Of a stretch of 51,958 bases of DNA, positions 34,978 to 42,645 are shown piece by piece. Every line of letters starts with the position of its first letter. Positions within the stretch are counted from its first letter, which is position 1. Both the position numbers and the translations under genes were made by a program. The DNA is taken from assembly GCA_949127685.1 (NCBI GenBank), contig CASBPW010000100.1, positions 1 to 51,958 on the forward strand, read 5' to 3'. The notes beneath the pieces are model-generated. The model saw nothing but the letters and a program-made list of their open reading frames with translations. It had not been told where the DNA came from and did not search any database. Origin of the DNA: Candidatus Sivonenia alaskensis PMM_0068. Lineage in GTDB: Bacteria > Cyanobacteriota > Cyanobacteriia > Gloeobacterales > PMM-0068.

Positions 34978-36252
34978 ATGAAACGTTGGCTACTGTTTGC
35001 GGTTCCTTGTTTTTGTCTATTTGTATCTTTAGGCGCATTATCCGCGATCTGGCTGCCCAACACTCGCCCTTTCAGTACTCTCAACTCTGAACAACAAGCG
35101 ACTCTAGCGAAGCTACGCTCTGGCGAAAATCGCCTAGATCACTCCATGAATATTTTGGTCTTAGGAACCGATGTGGTAGCGAGTAGAGAATCCACCAAAA
35201 CTGGATTCCGCGCTGCTACCCATTCTCTGGACGGGCGCTCCGACACGATACTTCTGGCTCATTTAGACCCTGCCAATAACAAGATAAACGTCCTCTCCAT
35301 TCCTCGCGACAGTCGTTTCACTATCGAAGGGGTGGGCAAACGTAAAGCGAATGAAGCAAACCAGCGCGGAGGCATTCTACTGGCCGCCCCTACCATCAGC
35401 CAGAATTTGAACGATGTGCCGATTGACCGTTATGTCCGCATCAACACCCTAGGCGTCATTGATTTGGTCACTGCCGTAGGTGGAGTCAGAGTCTATCTAC
35501 CCAAAGCCATTAAGTACAGCGACGATTCTCAGCACCTCTACATCAACATTGCGCAAGGGTGGCAAACCTTGGGAGGACTCGATGCCCAGAAATTTATGCG
35601 CTTCCGTCATGATGAACTAGGTGATATTGGCCGAGTCCAACGCCAACAGCAAGTGATCAAAGCCTTGGCTCAAAAAGTGGCCAGCCCTGATGTGCTCACC
35701 CGCCTCCCCCAGATTGTCGACGTCCTCAAAGCCAATATCGATACCGATCTATCCCTGGAAGACTTATTGTCTCTAGCTCAGTTCGGACTCAGGGTCAACC
35801 CAGATAAGGATCTGCAGCTCGTTATGCTCCCAGGCCGATTCAGCCGTCCTGGAGAATTTAACGCCAGCTATTGGCTCCCCACGGAACATAGAATTCCCGG
35901 TCTGATCAACCAATATTTTGCTTGGGGCGATCCCCAGACCGATCGCACTGAGCTGCGGCCAAGTCAGATTCGTATTGTCTTGCAGAACTGTAGTGGGGAT
36001 CCTACCGCGCTACAGGCAGCCAGAAAATTCCTCAAAAAACAGGGATTTACGAACCTAGGCACCCTCAGAGACCAGATAGACCCGATTTGGCATACCGAGA
36101 TTGTTGCTCAACAGGGCGAAAAAGCGCCAGCAGAACTCGTCCAGCAAGAACTAGGGCTTGGAGACATTAAGGTAGAAGCTACGGGCAATATTCTGTCCGA
36201 TGTAACCGTAAAAATTGGGAAGGATTGGGCTGCCACCAAGCCCAGGGTCTAA
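34978..36252 (+). CDS. LytR-CpsA-Psr (LCP) family protein with a C-terminal LytR_C-like domain
   Basis: N-terminal TM segment, NILVLGTDV, GRSDTILLAHLDP, VLSIPRDS and RFRHDELGDIGRVQRQQQV. Confidence 0.85.
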   Translation: MKRWLLFAVPCFCLFVSLGALSAIWLPNTRPFSTLNSEQQATLAKLRSGENRLDHSMNILVLGTDVVASRESTKTGFRAATHSLDGRSDTILLAHLDPANNKINVLSIPRDSRFTIEGVGKRKANEANQRGGILLAAPTISQNLNDVPIDRYVRINTLGVIDLVTAVGGVRVYLPKAIKYSDDSQHLYINIAQGWQTLGGLDAQKFMRFRHDELGDIGRVQRQQQVIKALAQKVASPDVLTRLPQIVDVLKANIDTDLSLEDLLSLAQFGLRVNPDKDLQLVMLPGRFSRPGEFNASYWLPTEHRIPGLINQYFAWGDPQTDRTELRPSQIRIVLQNCSGDPTALQAARKFLKKQGFTNLGTLRDQIDPIWHTEIVAQQGEKAPAELVQQELGLGDIKVEATGNILSDVTVKIGKDWAATKPRV

Positions 36253-36275
36253 GACAAGACCGAGAAACTCAAAAT

Positions 36276-36458
36276 CTAATAAGCCAAAGTCTGAAGTGTC
36301 TCTCTCAGATAGAGGCGTACCCGTTCCTCATCGGTCACAGATACTTTAAAATTCTTTGCTTCCTGCCATCTTAGAAACCCAGAACTCTTGACAATAGCTT
36401 TCTTCAGGGCTTCCCAAGTATTTCCGCCAGAAGCTGATGATAGAGTGCTTTTAGTCAT
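36276..36458 (-). CDS. Hypothetical 60-aa protein
   Basis: ORF only, no recognised motif. It lies 70 nt downstream of the thioesterase gene on the same strand. Confidence 0.3.
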   Translation of the reverse strand: MTKSTLSSASGGNTWEALKKAIVKSSGFLRWQEAKNFKVSVTDEERVRLYLRETLQTLAY

Positions 36459-36527
36459 GGTTTAATTCTCACTGGTCACTCAACGATAGCCTAGAGATCT
36501 ATAGACTTTTGTACCATAGTGAACATT

Positions 36528-36974
36528 TTATATTGGTGATTTTGGGGCAACGAGGAGCGAACGAAAGCAGCACTCCAAAAGTTCTGGCATACGCCGATGA
36601 GGACGCCATCCCTGCTCTGTTACCTGCACAATGGCATGGTCACTGCGTCCTTGTACATAAACCGTTTGTGCGGAGTCTTGAATCCTGTAGCACCAAGCCA
36701 TGCGCGGTGCCCGCAGCTGAACGAGTTGAGCCCCAAGTAGAATTTCAGTGCCAAAAGGGATGGACTGAAGGTACGCCACATTCAAAGCAGTGACGGGAAG
36801 ATCGGTCCCATGCTGCAATAACTCCGGCAGAGAAGTCCCAGCCGCTACGGCGAATTGTATGCGAGCCATCTCTAGCCACTGGACAATCGCCCGGTGAGAA
36901 ACTACGCCCCCATAGTCCGTGTCGTGGGGGTAAATGGGATGAACAGACCAAAACCAACCTTGAGTGTCCAACAT
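36528..36974 (-). CDS. Hotdog-fold acyl-CoA thioesterase (4HBT/YbgC class)
   Basis: YPHDTDYGGVVSHRAIVQWLEMAR matches the Y.EDTD..G.V.H..Y N-terminal motif with the catalytic Asp. At 148 aa it could be a DHNA-CoA thioesterase type, but that is only a guess. Confidence 0.65.
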   Translation of the reverse strand: MLDTQGWFWSVHPIYPHDTDYGGVVSHRAIVQWLEMARIQFAVAAGTSLPELLQHGTDLPVTALNVAYLQSIPFGTEILLGAQLVQLRAPRMAWCYRIQDSAQTVYVQGRSDHAIVQVTEQGWRPHRRMPELLECCFRSLLVAPKSPI

Positions 36975-37129
36975 AGTCTTAAGGATGTGAAGGGCAAGTG
37001 CTATCTACCAAGCCTACTGCTGGAGAGGACCATTCCTCAACAAGACCGCCTTGACAAAGCGTACTCATAATGAGTACGCTTTGTAAGATAAGACCCATCG
37101 TCCATTTTGCTCAATTAGGAGTCAAATCT

Positions 37130-37864
37130 ATGTTGTCGAATCGAGAAGGCCAGAAAGTTCCAAACGTTACATTCCCTACCCGCCAAGATAATGAGTGGGT
37201 GAATGTAAGCACCGATGACTTATTCGCAGACAAGACCGTAGTCGTTTTCTCCTTGCCTGGAGCATTTACCCCTACCTGCTCGTCTGTGCATCTCCCTGGC
37301 TATAACGAATTGGCTAAAGTTTTCAAAGAAAATGGCGTGGACAAAATTGTTTGTATATCGGTCAACGATACTTTTGTGATGAATGAATGGGCCAAGGACC
37401 AAGAAGCAGAAAATGTGATCCTGATTCCCGATGGCAATGGAGCGTTCAGCGAAGGCATGGGCATGCTCGTGGATAAGACGGACCTCGGCTTTGGGAAGCG
37501 GTCTTGGCGTTATTCCATGCTGGTCAAAAATGGCGTCATCGACAAGATGTTTATTGAGCCAGAAGAACCAGGGGACCCTTTTAAAGTATCGGATGCTCAA
37601 ACTATGCTCCACTACCTCAATCCCAAAGCAGTCAAGCCTAGAACAGTTTCCTTGTTTACAAAAGTAGGATGTCCTTTCTGCGCCAAGGCTAAAGCCATGC
37701 TGCAGGAACATGGTTACGATTACGAAGAGATCATCCTGGGCAAAGATGTCACTACGCGCTCGGTACTGGCTATGACTGGAGCGATGACCGTTCCCCAGGT
37801 GTTTATCGATGGTCAGCTCATTGGTGGATCTGAAGATCTAGCCGCTTACCTAGGGGTTGCCTAA
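37130..37864 (+). CDS. Hybrid peroxiredoxin-5 / glutaredoxin fusion protein
   Basis: The Prx5 part carries [19 protein letters not shown]. The C-terminal Grx part carries [14 protein letters not shown]...[21 protein letters not shown] 37130 lies 8 nt after AGGAG; the track start 37070 adds 20 unlikely residues. Confidence 0.9.
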   Translation: MLSNREGQKVPNVTFPTRQDNEWVNVSTDDLFADKTVVVFSLPGAFTPTCSSVHLPGYNELAKVFKENGVDKIVCISVNDTFVMNEWAKDQEAENVILIPDGNGAFSEGMGMLVDKTDLGFGKRSWRYSMLVKNGVIDKMFIEPEEPGDPFKVSDAQTMLHYLNPKAVKPRTVSLFTKVGCPFCAKAKAMLQEHGYDYEEIILGKDVTTRSVLAMTGAMTVPQVFIDGQLIGGSEDLAAYLGVA

Positions 37865-37978
37865 AGTTCTACAGAACATGGCTGTAGGTCCGCAAAAAAT
37901 GCGATATTAATAATGTGCAATCTTTGTTTAAGAAACTTATTCTTAGGCAGTGAAGATACACAATCTTGGTTTGGAGTG

Positions 37979-38008
37979 TGCTGCGGAACTTCCTCCGCAG
38001 CATTTTTA
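37979..38008 (+). terminator. Intrinsic terminator downstream of the Prx-Grx gene
   Basis: TGCTGCGGA (37979-37987) pairs with TCCGCAGCA (37994-38002), with a 6-nt loop, followed by TTTTTA. Confidence 0.7.
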
Positions 38009-38083
38009 TTCTCCAAAAATGTGCCTTGGCCAAGAACAACGCTATCTTAAGAATATCGTTATTTTATTAAGGTTGCAGGAGCC

Positions 38084-38212
38084 ATGCTGATTGCTGCTAG
38101 TTTAGCCTCTGAAATTATTGGCATAGGGATTGGAATGTTTGTCTTGACCGTAGTAGGAATGGCTGTGGGCTTTGGCCTTCTTAAGGTTGGCGGAGAGCAT
38201 ATCAGGCTCTAA
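38084..38212 (+). CDS. petM: Unlisted 42-aa single-TM ORF resembling cytochrome b6f subunit PetM
   Basis: MLIAASLASEIIGIGIGMFVLTVVGMAVGFGLLKVGGEHIRL. The tail VGMAVGFGLLKVGGE parallels remembered PetM tails (FVGWGLGVLLLKIQGAE / LGLAWGFVIIKLQGSE). It is below the 60-aa cutoff of the track. AGGAG lies only 2 nt from the ATG, an atypical spacing. Confidence 0.45.
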   Translation: MLIAASLASEIIGIGIGMFVLTVVGMAVGFGLLKVGGEHIRL

Positions 38213-38227
38213 AGGTCTCTCTAACGC

Positions 38228-38398
38228 CTAGAAGAACATCCGCTCGTACTCTGCCAGGAGGTCATCAATTTCATTGAGGGCCTCCCGCACGTCACTTTGA
38301 AGAGAGGCGCTTAGGTCTGTACGCTCCAGTAACGAAACGACAAAGCTACGTTTCTCTCGAATTGCTTCGATCTTGCCCTCAAGTACTTTACGGTCCAT
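38228..38398 (-). CDS. Unlisted 56-aa helical ORF (hypothetical)
   Basis: MDRKVLEGKIEAIREKRSFVVSLLERTDLSASLQSDVREALNEIDDLLAEYERMFF. AAGGAG lies 5 nt upstream of the ATG. It replaces the implausible 134-aa track ORF 38311-38715 in another frame. Confidence 0.4.
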   Translation of the reverse strand: MDRKVLEGKIEAIREKRSFVVSLLERTDLSASLQSDVREALNEIDDLLAEYERMFF

Positions 38399-38626
38399 GG
38401 CAGCTCCTTGGGTTCATGAATATCTTCCTTCCCTAATATCCTACGAAAAGAAGTAACATTCAGCCCTGTGTCTAGATTTGTGCAACGGTTATTACTTCCT
38501 GATGTACGATATTGATGATTCTGTAAAGTAATTTGCAATATCCCTTTAAGATTCGCCATGCGGCAGCAAGTTATCGAAGGAAAATTTGTAGCCCTCCCCC
38601 CCATTGCAGTAAGAGGTTGATGCCCA

Positions 38627-39385
38627 ATGAAGAGCCCGGTACTCGCTGTTCTAATTTTTGGCTTTGGAGCTTTAGCTCTAACCAGTTGCAGTTCTGACCG
38701 TAGCATCGGATCCACCGCAGTGCCGGTCTATGGTATTGTCCAGTGTCCAAAAGCCAGTGAAGGTCGGGGTACTATTGCCCTTGCTCCTGGCACCGTCCTG
38801 AAGAGTACTAATCTTTGTCTGGAAGCACGTTCCGCTAAGTATGAAGGCAAGATTGCCAAGATTATCTGGGGAAGCACTTCTCCGATTGGGCCGGTCTCTG
38901 CTGAACTTGCCAGGGATGCCTCGGGCAAAATTGCGTTAACGTATGCGGGCGGTCGCCACGGTACGCAAGCAACTTTACAGCAAGGCAGTCAGCGTATACC
39001 CTTCAACTTCACAATTAACGCGCTTGAAGCCAGTGGAGCTGCAGCGAGTCAAATAGATACTTCCACCAACTTCGTAGGTTCTATAACCGTGCCTCCGCTG
39101 AGAGGCCTGGGGTACACCGATTCAAGAGGTCGGGGCGCTGACGCTGGCTATGACCAATCCACAGCTTTCTATGCCTACAGTCCAGAAGGAGCCGTAAAGG
39201 GTACAGAGGAATCTAGGGTCCGAGAAAGTGGTGAAGGCAAAATAACATTCCAGGTGAAGAATATCAATGCTGACAAGGGTGAAATCTCAGGGACCTTTGT
39301 CTCGGATCAACCTTCTGGAGTCGAAGGGAAAGGTGAAGTCCAGGTAGAAGGCTACTTTATCGGCAATTTTAAAGCAGGTGCTTAG
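38627..39385 (+). CDS. Divergent PsbO (manganese-stabilising protein, MSP) family protein with a lipoprotein signal peptide
   Basis: The signal peptide ends in the lipobox ALTS-C. Blocks QRIPFNFTINALEAS, IDTSTNFVGSITVPPLRG, DSRGRGADAGYD, GKITFQVKNINADKGEISGTFVSDQPS and VQVEGYFIGNF are collinear with canonical PsbO, and the Cys pair is conserved. AAGAGG SD. See finding. Confidence 0.7.
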   Translation: MKSPVLAVLIFGFGALALTSCSSDRSIGSTAVPVYGIVQCPKASEGRGTIALAPGTVLKSTNLCLEARSAKYEGKIAKIIWGSTSPIGPVSAELARDASGKIALTYAGGRHGTQATLQQGSQRIPFNFTINALEASGAAASQIDTSTNFVGSITVPPLRGLGYTDSRGRGADAGYDQSTAFYAYSPEGAVKGTEESRVRESGEGKITFQVKNINADKGEISGTFVSDQPSGVEGKGEVQVEGYFIGNFKAGA

Positions 39386-39412
39386 ACCTGCTTTAGTCTA
39401 GATATAGATATT

Positions 39413-39440
39413 AAAAAACCTCCTGTCCAGGAGGTTTTTT
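39413..39440 (+). terminator. Strong, symmetric intrinsic terminator after the PsbO-like gene
   Basis: AAAAAACCTCCTG-TC-CAGGAGGTTTTTT: a GC core CCTCCT/AGGAGG flanked by A6 and T6, 28 nt after the stop codon. Confidence 0.8.
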
Positions 39441-39496
39441 AATACTTTGACAGGGGTACTCTAACAAAGCATTCTATAATCACGGGATCCTTTCTG

Positions 39497-40039
39497 ATGG
39501 TGAGGCGTGAGGTAGTGAAATACGTTGGTGCTCTACTCTGGCTTCTTTTGAGTGCCGTCTGCTTGAGTAAACCTGTGTTTGCAGACCAAAATCCTACCTA
39601 TCAAAACCAGAATCTCTGGCGAACCGTTTCCTTTCCCGTAAACAATTTTTCTCGTATTTCTTCTCGTTTCGGCTATCGTTCTTCGGCAACCGGTGGGGAA
39701 GGGCAAGAGTTTCACAATGGCTTGGACCTGGCGGCCCCGGCAGGCTCCTATATCCGTTCTTGGGCTGCTGGCACCGTCAAAAAAGTAGCGTTCGATTCCC
39801 GATGCGGGTGGCATGTACTCGTGGAATCCGGGCCTTGGACCCATCTGTACTGTCATATTCAAGCGGTGGCCGTAGAAGCAGGAAATATCGTTGAAGCCGG
39901 ACAGGTAATTGCTGCCGTGGGCTCTACCGGAAGAAGCACGGGTCCACATCTTCACTGGACGCTACGCTATCAGGGACAACTGATCAACCCGGAGCGAGTG
40001 CTTGAGCAAATGCAGGCGGCTTGGGCTCAACAGCCTTAG
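39497..40039 (+). CDS. M23/LytM-family metallopeptidase
   Basis: Signal/TM segment, then FHNGLDLAAPAGSYIRSWAAGTV and GSTGRSTGPHLHWTLRYQGQLINP (HxxxD and HxH motifs). Confidence 0.85.
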   Translation: MVRREVVKYVGALLWLLLSAVCLSKPVFADQNPTYQNQNLWRTVSFPVNNFSRISSRFGYRSSATGGEGQEFHNGLDLAAPAGSYIRSWAAGTVKKVAFDSRCGWHVLVESGPWTHLYCHIQAVAVEAGNIVEAGQVIAAVGSTGRSTGPHLHWTLRYQGQLINPERVLEQMQAAWAQQP

Positions 40040-40223
40040 GAATGAGGATGTTCTTAGTCCTTCTGGAACCCTTGCTGCCAGATTCTGGTGCGGCGGTTCA
40101 CTAGGATTAATTTCGGCTATGCCGACTGCCCATGGCAAGAATATTACCCCATCTGCTGCAAGAGCTTTTGCCCCAATCTGATGTCTAAAAGTACTGCGCT
40201 GAGCTAGGTCGAAGTGAAGAGTG

Positions 40224-40296
40224 TGGAGAGTAGGGAATTCGAATCCCTGGCCTCTGCAGTGCGATTGCAGCGCTCTACCAGCTGAGCTAACTCCCC
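40224..40296 (-). tRNA. tRNA-Ala (anticodon CGC), CCA not encoded
   Basis: The reverse complement is GGGGAGTTAGCTCAGCTGGTAGAGCGCTGCAATCGCACTGCAGAGGCCAGGGATTCGAATTCCCTACTCTCCA. It folds as a cloverleaf with G3:U70, anticodon loop AUCGCAC and T loop TTCGAAT. Confidence 0.9.
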
Positions 40297-40400
40297 TTGG
40301 GCTTCTTATTGTCTGTTGAAAACTTCTCTCTGTAAAGACTAGAGGTTTTTTACCAGTAATTCCGGCCTCGGCAAGGCCCGTTGCTTCACGGGACCTGCGG

Positions 40401-41786
40401 TTACGGACGCTTTGCCAAAATGCTCAGCGCCGCCACGGCATTGACTTTCGCACCAATCGGGATTGCCGCGAGATCGACAAAGAAGTCGGGGTTGTGGTTC
40501 GAATAAGGAAATGGCCGCCCGGCCGCCCGCGCTTTGGCAAACAATTCGGGCGGGGCAACGCCGACCAATATGAAAGCATAGGGTGTATCCAAGGACTTGA
40601 ACGCTTCCTGAAAATCCTCTGAGCCCATCACTGCCGGAAATTGATCGATGACCTTGCCCTTGCCCATCAGCTCCTCCAGCGAGGGGTTGATGCGTGCCAC
40701 TAGCGCCTTGTCGTTGACCAGTGGCCCGGCGTTACCCTTCATCAGCCGCGTCGGCATCTTGTCTTTAGCCACGCCCGCCGCAATCGCGACGCCATTATTA
40801 ATCTCGTCAATACGCTTGAGCATCTGTTGGCGTACTTCGGGAGTAAACCAGCGCAAATTGAGTTTGAGTACCGATGTCTCGGGAATCACATTATTGTCAC
40901 GCCCGGCGACGATCGAGCCAACCGATAGCACGGCCGAAGTTTGCGGGTCAAGATTGCGACTGACGATGGTTTGATAGGAGAGTACCGCCTGTGCCGCCAT
41001 GACCACTGGGTCGATGGTCATCTGCGGCGTGGATCCATGTCCGCCGATGCCATTGAAGGTAATGTCGAGCTGATCGGTGCCCGCCATGCGAACTCCCGGC
41101 GAACTCGAGATCACACCGACGGGTCCGGGTACGGTGTGGGCGCCGAACGCATAGTCAGGTTTCGGAAAACCGCGTTGCCACAACTTGTCCTCCACCATGG
41201 CCTGCGCACCAAGACCAACTTCCTCGGCGGGCTGGGCATAGACCACCAGCGTTCCAGACCAGTCGGCCTTCATCACAACCATCGTCTTGGCAAGACCGAG
41301 TAACCATGTCACATGCGCGTCGTGGCCACAGGCATGCATAACGTCAATCTCACTGCCATCGGCAAGGCGCTGCTGCGCAGTTGCTGCCCAGGGCAGCCCT
41401 GTTGCCTCGCGTATCGAATTCGAATCCATATCCGCGCGGAACCAGACTGTGGGGCCGGGGCCGTTCTTAAGCACGCCGACAACGCCGGTTTTGCCGATGC
41501 CTTCGGTGACGATAAAACCCAGTGCTTTCAGCTCCTTGGCAACTATCGCCGCAGTGCGCGTCTCAGTGAACGCAATCTCGGGGTGCTGATGCAGATCCTT
41601 GAAGATAGCGGTGAGGCGCGGTGTATCGGCAGCGACCGCCGTATTGACCTTTGCGATTAATGCTGTGGGGATCGGAGCCTCAGCGGAAGCTAACGTCACC
41701 TCTGCTCTCGTGCTCGTAGCAGCTATAAATAGGATTCCAATGGTTAATGGGAGGAGGATAAGATTTCGAGCAATGTGAAAGTTCAT
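40401..41786 (-). CDS. Secreted M20D-family amidohydrolase (aminoacylase / hippurate-hydrolase-like)
   Basis: Signal peptide MNFHIARNLILLPLTIGILFIAATSTRAEV, then the motif MHACGHDAH and GGHGS. The coding region is visibly GC-richer than its surroundings (39/60 and 38/60 GC on lines 40501 and 41041). Confidence 0.9.
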   Translation of the reverse strand: MNFHIARNLILLPLTIGILFIAATSTRAEVTLASAEAPIPTALIAKVNTAVAADTPRLTAIFKDLHQHPEIAFTETRTAAIVAKELKALGFIVTEGIGKTGVVGVLKNGPGPTVWFRADMDSNSIREATGLPWAATAQQRLADGSEIDVMHACGHDAHVTWLLGLAKTMVVMKADWSGTLVVYAQPAEEVGLGAQAMVEDKLWQRGFPKPDYAFGAHTVPGPVGVISSSPGVRMAGTDQLDITFNGIGGHGSTPQMTIDPVVMAAQAVLSYQTIVSRNLDPQTSAVLSVGSIVAGRDNNVIPETSVLKLNLRWFTPEVRQQMLKRIDEINNGVAIAAGVAKDKMPTRLMKGNAGPLVNDKALVARINPSLEELMGKGKVIDQFPAVMGSEDFQEAFKSLDTPYAFILVGVAPPELFAKARAAGRPFPYSNHNPDFFVDLAAIPIGAKVNAVAALSILAKRP

Positions 41787-42015
41787 GCGTTCCGTTTGAA
41801 TGTGACCAACTTATGGGCCCCAGGGCAGAGCCAGATGCTTCTACCCTAGCGACAACATTGAAGCACAGTCCCACCGATAGAGGCTAATACCAATTGAAAT
41901 AGTAACCCAAGTTTCGGGTTATATAAGTCAAGAATAACAGGCTTAGAGTGAGTATACGAATCACCCCGAACGGCAACAGACTGCGCCGGGTAAAGATCGG
42001 GCGAAACTTTTGAAA

Positions 42016-42545
42016 TTAACTAATAAACGCTACTTCCATCGTGAAGACAATGATGAACGTGGCCACTTTCAGCAAAAATCCATCCATGGTCACCGCATGG
42101 ATAAATTTAGGAAACCGAGAGGTAATGCCACTAAACACTGTTTCAATATAGTAACGAGTACTTTGCTTGATGTAAGCGACCCAGGGCGCATCCAAGCGCT
42201 TGGAATTGCGTTTGCGGGCAATCTGGAGAGAAATGGCATTCGTCTCCTTGAGAGCATCTTCCGCCTGATAGTCGGTATAACCAGCGTCCCCATAGACTAA
42301 ATTGCCCGCTGGTAGGTTGAGGGGGAGGGCGTTGAGTCCCCGTGTGTCATTGGCTTCACCCGGTAAAAAGGCAAAATTAAAAGTTCGTAGAAGACCTTCC
42401 TCACAAGTTCCTCATATTTGGCATCTAACCTTAGAAAAGAAACAATTTAAGAGGAGGAGTTCTTCCAGAGCTAGTTTCAGGTTTATCTGTTCTTCTTATG
42501 ACGCTTTGCAGAGCCTTGGTGGAGGACGGTACCGATGAATACCAA
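42016..42545 (-). mobile_element. Degenerate remnant of a DDE transposase gene (IS982-like layout), 5'-truncated and broken by an in-frame stop and frameshifts
   Basis: The minus-strand frame is open over 42016-42411: ...EEGLLRTFNFAFLPGEANDTRGLNALPLNLPAGNLVYGDAGYTDYQAEDALKETNAISLQIARKRNSK...STRYYIETVFSGITSRFPKFIHAVTMDGFLLKVATFII*. Upstream fragments (CFFSKVRCQI*, ..SAKRHKK..) continue in shifted frames. No terminal inverted repeats identified. Confidence 0.55.
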
Positions 42546-42645
42546 AAGGTTCCTATGGGCTAGCTAGTATCAATGCCCCAGCTAGGGGCACTGTCCAGCG
42601 GTTAACAAAAGTCCTAAAGAATCAAATACTCGAGGGAAACGTTGT

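Noticed and set aside
34901-34981. 26-codon upstream ORF (MSNQLAADHVYIVTSLAHPGYSRFRS) whose TGA overlaps the LCP gene's ATG.
   Set aside because: No SD and an unremarkable sequence. An ATGA overlap can arise by chance. It would need conservation evidence.
38311-38715. 134-aa minus-strand track ORF spanning the PsbO-like gene start.
   Set aside because: It overlaps the well-supported plus-strand gene and its promoter region and has no SD. The 56-aa ORF in a different frame (38228-38398), with AAGGAG, explains the 3' part better.
40224-42645. Classical tRNA-integrated genomic island at tRNA-Ala.
   Set aside because: The foreign-looking DNA lies on the 5' (promoter) side of the minus-strand tRNA, not at its 3' end. 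There is no integrase gene, and I found no direct repeat of the tRNA 3' end. An IS-mediated origin is more consistent with what is visible.
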